This document shows, piece by piece, positions 58,800-64,000 of a stretch of 64,000 bases of DNA (position 1 is its first letter; each line of letters starts with the position of its first letter). Source of the stretch: a candidate division CPR3 bacterium GWF2_35_18. GTDB taxonomy: Bacteria; Patescibacteriota; CPR3; GWF2-35-18. The stretch spans positions 136,719 to 200,718 of the forward strand of contig MESW01000003.1 of the NCBI GenBank assembly GCA_001771135.1, given 5' to 3'. Below the pieces are notes generated by a model. That model was not told the DNA's origin, did no database searches, and was given only the letters and a program-made list of their open reading frames with translations. The translations under genes and the position numbers were made by a program.

Positions 58800-60083
58800 T
58801 TATTTCATAAGCTCCAAATTAGGTGGAGTTGCTAAAAGAGCAACTTCTTCTAGATTATTTACCACACTATTAGTCTTTACAAATTTTAAGAAACTAACCA
58901 TTTGACTTTCATATTCTTCATTTTGTTTATTTTTCCTATAAAAATTTAATTTCTTCATGTATTCTGTGTATTCTTTATGATTATTTGGAGTACTTACAAA
59001 AAGTGGCATCCCAGCTCTTTGTTGTAAACCATTTAATAAAATTCTTCCTAATCTTCCGTTTCCATCAACAAATGGATGTGTGATTTCAAAATCAAGATGC
59101 CATTCTAAAAATGATCTCAATGATTCATCAGTATTTTGATTAAGGAATTGATCTGATAGGTCATTCCATCTTTCAATGAGACCATCAACTCGAGAGAGAA
59201 CTTCTCCAGAAGATACTGATTCAAAAATATCAGGATCAAAATTACCAATTCTCATATTTTGCCTAAATGTCCCCCGATATTCATCTGATACTTGATGTTC
59301 AAGTAATAAATTATGTAGGGAATAAATCACATTCCGATCTAACCGTTCCGTAGAATTCACGAACTCATGAAAATAAATAGCTGCGTTATCAAAATCGTGA
59401 TTTTCTATCACTTCTATTTCACTCAAATTTGAACCATAATGAAGATTTCGCCACAAATTTTCTAAGGTAAAATAATTACCGCTATAATTAAAATCGGCTA
59501 TTGCTTTATAATAAATATCTTCGGAAAAATGAGATTCTCCACCTTCTTGATAAATAGGTGTATTTACCCTATCATGCTTATATAAGGCTCTTTGCATCAA
59601 AGCTCCCAAAACTTCCAAATCAGCTCGAAGATATTGTTTTTCACCTTCTTGATATGTTGATTCATCATTTATCCTAGCCGTAATTTTTGGTTTTAAATTT
59701 TCAAAAATATCCAAAACTTGATTGCACATCTCTGTATTTTTTGCTTCATCCAACAATATATAAGGGTGACCTTCTCCCCAAAGTGGAATCCCTTCTGTCA
59801 TCGCTAATAAAAATAACATGTCTGGATCATGGGAAAATGGATCTAAAAAAGGCTCTAAATTCTCAGAAATATGATCTTTATTTACATAACGGATAGTATC
59901 TTTAGAAAAATATTTAGAATCAGATGGACTAAACCAAGATCTTATTCCCATCATTACGTTTATTCCATTCGTAACTTGCTTAACCATTCTCTCTTTAGGA
60001 TCGAAAGGAGGGTTTTTGAGAAAGTTAATTTTCTCAAGCGAACTATTTAATTCAGGATTTGTTCTATTTGGAAATAATACCAT
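58800..60083 (-). CDS. Fic domain protein
   Basis: Canonical HPFVDGNGRLGR motif; long N-terminal extension. Confidence 0.9.
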   Translation of the reverse strand: MVLFPNRTNPELNSSLEKINFLKNPPFDPKERMVKQVTNGINVMMGIRSWFSPSDSKYFSKDTIRYVNKDHISENLEPFLDPFSHDPDMLFLLAMTEGIPLWGEGHPYILLDEAKNTEMCNQVLDIFENLKPKITARINDESTYQEGEKQYLRADLEVLGALMQRALYKHDRVNTPIYQEGGESHFSEDIYYKAIADFNYSGNYFTLENLWRNLHYGSNLSEIEVIENHDFDNAAIYFHEFVNSTERLDRNVIYSLHNLLLEHQVSDEYRGTFRQNMRIGNFDPDIFESVSSGEVLSRVDGLIERWNDLSDQFLNQNTDESLRSFLEWHLDFEITHPFVDGNGRLGRILLNGLQQRAGMPLFVSTPNNHKEYTEYMKKLNFYRKNKQNEEYESQMVSFLKFVKTNSVVNNLEEVALLATPPNLELMK

Positions 60084-60098
60084 TTAGTTTAGACTTAT

Positions 60099-60710
60099 TT
60101 ATTCCCCATAATCAACCGCCGCAAAAGCTTCAATTCGTATAACCGGCCAGTAACGGAAAAGAACCCGAGCAACAATATCTTTTTTGGGTAACATCCCCCA
60201 AAGACGAGAATCAGAACTACGATCTCGATTATCTCCCATAACAAGATATGAATCTTCTAGAATTTTCGTTTTAACTCCTTCTTTAACCACATTTCCACCG
60301 TTTGTGGTTACAAATTTACCCAAGTAATCTTCATGAAGGATAAATCCATAAGGGTGAACGTCATTAAAAATCGTAACCGTATTATTCTCAATTAAAATCT
60401 CTTCTCCTGGCAAACCGATTACTCTTTTTAAATATTCTTCAGATTCATGCAAAGGGGAATCTAGAACTATCACCTCTCCTCGTTTGGGTTCGCGAAGGCG
60501 ATAAGAAAATATATCTGTAATAATCCTATCCCCTTCATAGAAATTTGGTTGCATAGAAACATTTAGAACGGTTCTGGTCTGAACAAAAAAATTGTAAACA
60601 ATTAAAAAAATTCCCAAAGAAATTATAAGGCTTTCTACAAATTCTAGGGCAAATTCCCCAATAATCTGATATCTCTTTTTTTGTGATGAAATTTTAGGAC
60701 TATTTATCAT
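60099..60710 (-). CDS. lepB: signal peptidase I (second paralog)
   Basis: VSMQP, YLKRVIG, MGDNRDRSSDSR; start set at ATG 60710. Confidence 0.92.
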   Translation of the reverse strand: MINSPKISSQKKRYQIIGEFALEFVESLIISLGIFLIVYNFFVQTRTVLNVSMQPNFYEGDRIITDIFSYRLREPKRGEVIVLDSPLHESEEYLKRVIGLPGEEILIENNTVTIFNDVHPYGFILHEDYLGKFVTTNGGNVVKEGVKTKILEDSYLVMGDNRDRSSDSRLWGMLPKKDIVARVLFRYWPVIRIEAFAAVDYGE

Positions 60711-61731
60711 TAAATGTGTGATTTTCAATTACTTTTGTAAAAAAATCAGAGGCATTCCATCCTTCTTCGGCCGCCTGATGAAATACCATAGTTGAAGGAG
60801 TCATCCCCGGAGGGGAATTGGGTTCTAGAATAAAAAGTTTCCCCTCTTTGAAGATCCCATCAATCCGAGAACAGTTTTGTTGTCTTAGAGCTCTATAGGC
60901 CTTTAAAGTATCTGTCTGAATCTTGGCAATATCTTCTTTCGGAAGGTTTGGTGGAGTAATCATGGTAGCGTCCCCGGGTAAGAATTTTTCTTCCACGGAA
61001 AGAAAATCACCCTTGTATGGTGTTTCTGTTGGAGTCAAAACTCTAAGAATTCCCTTTTCTTCAATAACTGTAGTTGTAACCTCAATGCCTTTTAAATACT
61101 CTTCAATAAGAATTACATTATCATAGATAAAAGCAGCTTCAAATGCTTTTTCAGTCTCTTTCTTGTTTGTAACCTTGGAGATAGCGACGCTACAACCTTC
61201 ACGTGATGGTTTCACGATAAAAGGATAAGCAAAATATTCCTCAACCTGATTAAGAATTTCTCCTTTATTTTGTTTCCAATTCTGAATATTTATGCCTAAA
61301 TATTTTCCTACTGTCAGATTATTTGCTTGAAGCAGTCTCTTTTGAAAGACTTTATCCATCCCTAAAACTCCACCCAAAACTCCGGAAGAGTTATTAGGAA
61401 TGGCAAAAAGCTCCAGTAATCCTGGTAAGCATTCTTCTCCATACTTACCATGCAAGGCTAAAAAGGCATAATCAATTTCTGATTTCAAATCTTCATAAAA
61501 TAATCTTCGTCCTAAAGTAGATAACTGAGCTTCAACATCAGCACAGGTGTTCATCCACATAAGTCCTTCATCAATAATATAAAAATGATTTTGATGATTA
61601 ACAAACACCGGTACTACTTCAAATTTAGTTCTATCTAAACTATTATAAACATGACGTCCTGTTTCTAAAGAAATCTCTTTCTCTGAAGATGATCCACCCA
61701 TAAAAAGTCCAACTCGCAACAGTCTAGGCAT
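60700..61731 (-). CDS. ddl: D-Ala--D-Ala ligase family ATP-grasp enzyme
   Basis: GGSSSE, LHGKYGE, MDK, VKP, RID, EPNSPPGMT; start set at ATG 61731 behind GGAGG. Confidence 0.88.
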   Translation of the reverse strand: MPRLLRVGLFMGGSSSEKEISLETGRHVYNSLDRTKFEVVPVFVNHQNHFYIIDEGLMWMNTCADVEAQLSTLGRRLFYEDLKSEIDYAFLALHGKYGEECLPGLLELFAIPNNSSGVLGGVLGMDKVFQKRLLQANNLTVGKYLGINIQNWKQNKGEILNQVEEYFAYPFIVKPSREGCSVAISKVTNKKETEKAFEAAFIYDNVILIEEYLKGIEVTTTVIEEKGILRVLTPTETPYKGDFLSVEEKFLPGDATMITPPNLPKEDIAKIQTDTLKAYRALRQQNCSRIDGIFKEGKLFILEPNSPPGMTPSTMVFHQAAEEGWNASDFFTKVIENHTFNDK

Positions 61732-62260
61732 CCTTTTTCCTCCCTTTTTCAAATTGTCTTTCTAGCTCTTCGGTCGTCATAAAAGTAGACATATCTTCCA
61801 TTCTATCAATAAAAACAATTCCGTGAAGGTGATCAATTTCATGCTGTAAAACGCGAGCATTAAAACCACTTGCTTTCACTCTTATCTTTTCTCCATGTTG
61901 ATTAAAAGCTTCAACAACAATTCTTTCTTTCCGCCAAACTTGTCCCCAATATCCGGGAACGGATAAACATCCTTCAAAAGCAAGTAACTCTTTACCCGCC
62001 AATTTTTCAATTTTAGGATTAATTAAGACTTTAGCCGACATATTTTCTAACTCAATTACAATTATCTGCCAAAGTTTATCAACCTGATTTGCAGCTAAAG
62101 CTGCACCATTTCCTACTACCTTTAATGTTACAGCCATATCTTGAATGAACTTTTGGACTTCTGGACTTTTCATTTTTGAGACAGAAAGCTCGGAGGCTTT
62201 TTGTCTCAAAGTAGGATTACCCAAAGTTATTATTTTTAATGGAGACTTTTTCTCATTCAT
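61724..62260 (-). CDS. def: peptide deformylase
   Basis: LAANQV, EGCLS, QHEIDHLHG. Confidence 0.95.
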   Translation of the reverse strand: MNEKKSPLKIITLGNPTLRQKASELSVSKMKSPEVQKFIQDMAVTLKVVGNGAALAANQVDKLWQIIVIELENMSAKVLINPKIEKLAGKELLAFEGCLSVPGYWGQVWRKERIVVEAFNQHGEKIRVKASGFNARVLQHEIDHLHGIVFIDRMEDMSTFMTTEELERQFEKGRKKDA

Positions 62261-62263
62261 TGA

Positions 62264-63376
62264 TTAAAGATACCCTTTTTTATTTCCATGTACTTCCTCT
62301 GCCATCCCTAATATTTTGGTCACAAGTAAGCGTGGATTAACTGGCATTTTTTTATTCCCAATTTTAGTTTTGGTTTGTACTTTAGTACGAGCCGCTTGCT
62401 GAAATACATAAGAGGACGGAATCATTATTGTTCCCGTATGCGGTTCGCCAATATAAATTTTGAAATCCTTTCCTTCTTGAACGACAAAACCGTCGACACG
62501 ACCATAACCCTTTGCCCCAATTAGTTTATAAATTGCTACCGCTTGTCGTTGAATTTCTTTTACAATTTCTTCCGGCACACGGACTGGAGTATGGTACTGC
62601 GCTTTTCCCGGCATGTATTTTGATTCGTAAGTATGAATATCACCTTCAAAAACTACTTCTGTAGGAAGCATTGCTTCTGGATTTTCATTACCCCAAACCA
62701 CACACATAAATTCTTTCCCTCTAATAAATTTTTCAATTAAAATTTCCGGATCCCAATAAAAAGCATTTTCAATAGCCTTGTTTAAATCCACACCCTTTTT
62801 GGCAACTGCGACTCCAACAGATGATCCTTCACAAACCGGTTTGACCACACATGGAAAACCGATTTTTGTTTCGATCTTTTTAATAATTTCTGCCTTATTT
62901 TTCTTCCAGTCGACTTTCGTAACGAGTAAATCTTGCGGAACTAAAAATCCTTCGTGAATAAGTAATTCTTTATGTACCTTTTTATTCATTCCTACGGCTG
63001 AAGCTAAAATTCCCGAACCTGTATATGGAATATTAATTAGCTCTAAAACTCCTTGAATTACTCCATCTTCTCCATATTTGCCAAGTAATGCATTGAAAAT
63101 GAGATCAACTTTTTGCGGAAGTTCTTCAAATCTTATTTTTTTGGCTTCTTTTGTTAATTTACTTTCGACATCACTCGTTTTATTCATAATTACGAGTTTT
63201 TCCGGTATTTGCCAAAGGAAACCTTGATTATCCATATATAAAGCAATCCCTTCAAAAAGCTGCGGATCAAGTAAATGGTAAATATAGCGTCCCGTTGCCA
63301 AGGAAATCTCTTTTTCACTGGATTTACCACCAAAGATCACTCCGACTCGTTTTTTTGTTTGATTGATTTGATTCAT
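62264..63376 (-). CDS. ddl: divergent D-Ala--D-Ala ligase family protein
   Basis: GGKSSE, GEDG, PYTGS, EGSS, RVD; altered LLG and EPHTG motifs. Confidence 0.82.
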   Translation of the reverse strand: MNQINQTKKRVGVIFGGKSSEKEISLATGRYIYHLLDPQLFEGIALYMDNQGFLWQIPEKLVIMNKTSDVESKLTKEAKKIRFEELPQKVDLIFNALLGKYGEDGVIQGVLELINIPYTGSGILASAVGMNKKVHKELLIHEGFLVPQDLLVTKVDWKKNKAEIIKKIETKIGFPCVVKPVCEGSSVGVAVAKKGVDLNKAIENAFYWDPEILIEKFIRGKEFMCVVWGNENPEAMLPTEVVFEGDIHTYESKYMPGKAQYHTPVRVPEEIVKEIQRQAVAIYKLIGAKGYGRVDGFVVQEGKDFKIYIGEPHTGTIMIPSSYVFQQAARTKVQTKTKIGNKKMPVNPRLLVTKILGMAEEVHGNKKGYL

Positions 63377-63380
63377 AATA

Positions 63381-64000
63381 TTATTTATATCTTCTTTCTA
63401 CTCTTTCCATAATTCCTGTCACAACCTCATAATTAATTGTTCCTAACTTTTTTGCCACTTCTGAAGCTGTTATTATCTCATCTTGAGATTTTCCGATCAA
63501 GACCACCTCATCAGAAACATTTACCTGTGGAACTTTAGTAATATCTATTTGGCAGGTATCCATGGCTACTCGACCTAGAATCGGACAACGAATTCCTCTG
63601 ACTAGGACTTCAGCGTAATTCTGAGGAGCACGTCGAAATCCGTCTCCATAACCAACACTAATTGTTCCCACCAGAGTATCTTGATCCGTTTTAAAAGTCC
63701 GACCATAACCGATTGTTTCACCCATAGGGACATCTCTGATATGAGAAATTCGGGTTTTGAAAGACAATACTGGTTCTAAGTCTGATTTCAAACTAAAATC
63801 ATCATCCGAATATACTTCCGAGGCTGGATTCAATCCGTATAGAGCTAAACCCGGACGAATCATATTGTAATAACTTTCAAGTAACCGTAAGGTTGCCGCG
63901 GAGTTTGCAGTGTGTAAAATTGGAATTTTGATACCCGCTTTTTGAAGTTCGTCAACTACAAATTGAAACCTTGAAAGCTGTAACTTGGCAAAATCCAGAT
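63381..64000 (-). CDS. alr: alanine racemase, 5' part outside the window
   Basis: Frame open to the edge: HTANSAAT..MIRPG, IGYG, GYGDG, GRVAMD, TINYE. Confidence 0.95.
   Translation of the reverse strand, partial: LDFAKLQLSRFQFVVDELQKAGIKIPILHTANSAATLRLLESYYNMIRPGLALYGLNPASEVYSDDDFSLKSDLEPVLSFKTRISHIRDVPMGETIGYGRTFKTDQDTLVGTISVGYGDGFRRAPQNYAEVLVRGIRCPILGRVAMDTCQIDITKVPQVNVSDEVVLIGKSQDEIITASEVAKKLGTINYEVVTGIMERVERRYK

Noticed and set aside
1817-61126. Many 60-116 aa ORFs in the track lying antisense or out of frame within long genes (e.g. 1817, 5217, 10469, 15771, 21494, 42735, 45216, 54556, 56641)
   Set aside because: They are shadows of well-supported genes, with no recognisable motifs.
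1-64000. CRISPR array, rRNA, transposase/integrase, alternative genetic code
   Set aside because: No regular repeat-spacer array or such genes seen; TGA ends genes at expected lengths (e.g. sufU, murD), consistent with code 11.

Overview
Low-GC bacterial chromosome segment using the standard genetic code. Gene content and style suggest Patescibacteria/CPR, probably Microgenomates-like (inference). Most genes are housekeeping: pyrH, gatCAB with embedded asnS, glnA, lemA-htpX, an Rrf2-sufCBDSU operon with ferredoxin, CDGSH and FNR-like genes, a surface-glycosylation cluster, a nucleotide-sanitising/nuclease cluster, parB, rpmA/rplU, rodA, ileS and a dcw/peptidoglycan cluster (ftsZ, ftsA, ftsQ, murG, ftsW, murD, murI, mraY, murF, two ddl, alr), plus four tRNAs (Asp, Gly, Thr, Val). 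The most interesting signals are non-coding. (1) An unannotated 24-aa leader peptide (MNLLNQQQETQ...) with a complete protector/antiterminator/terminator set directly upstream of glnA, i.e. a candidate ribosome-mediated glutamine attenuator. (2) A ~920-nt hairpin-dense locus (21068-22017) around a small coat-protein-like membrane ORF with a sequestered RBS. (3) An ileS T-box combining an actinobacterial-type ultrashort Stem I with a transcription terminator. (4) A modified duplicate of the tRNA-Val 3' half. (5) A dispersed 51-bp palindromic element. (6) Two Ddl paralogs with complementary motif changes. No CRISPR array, rRNA, transposase or integrase was seen.
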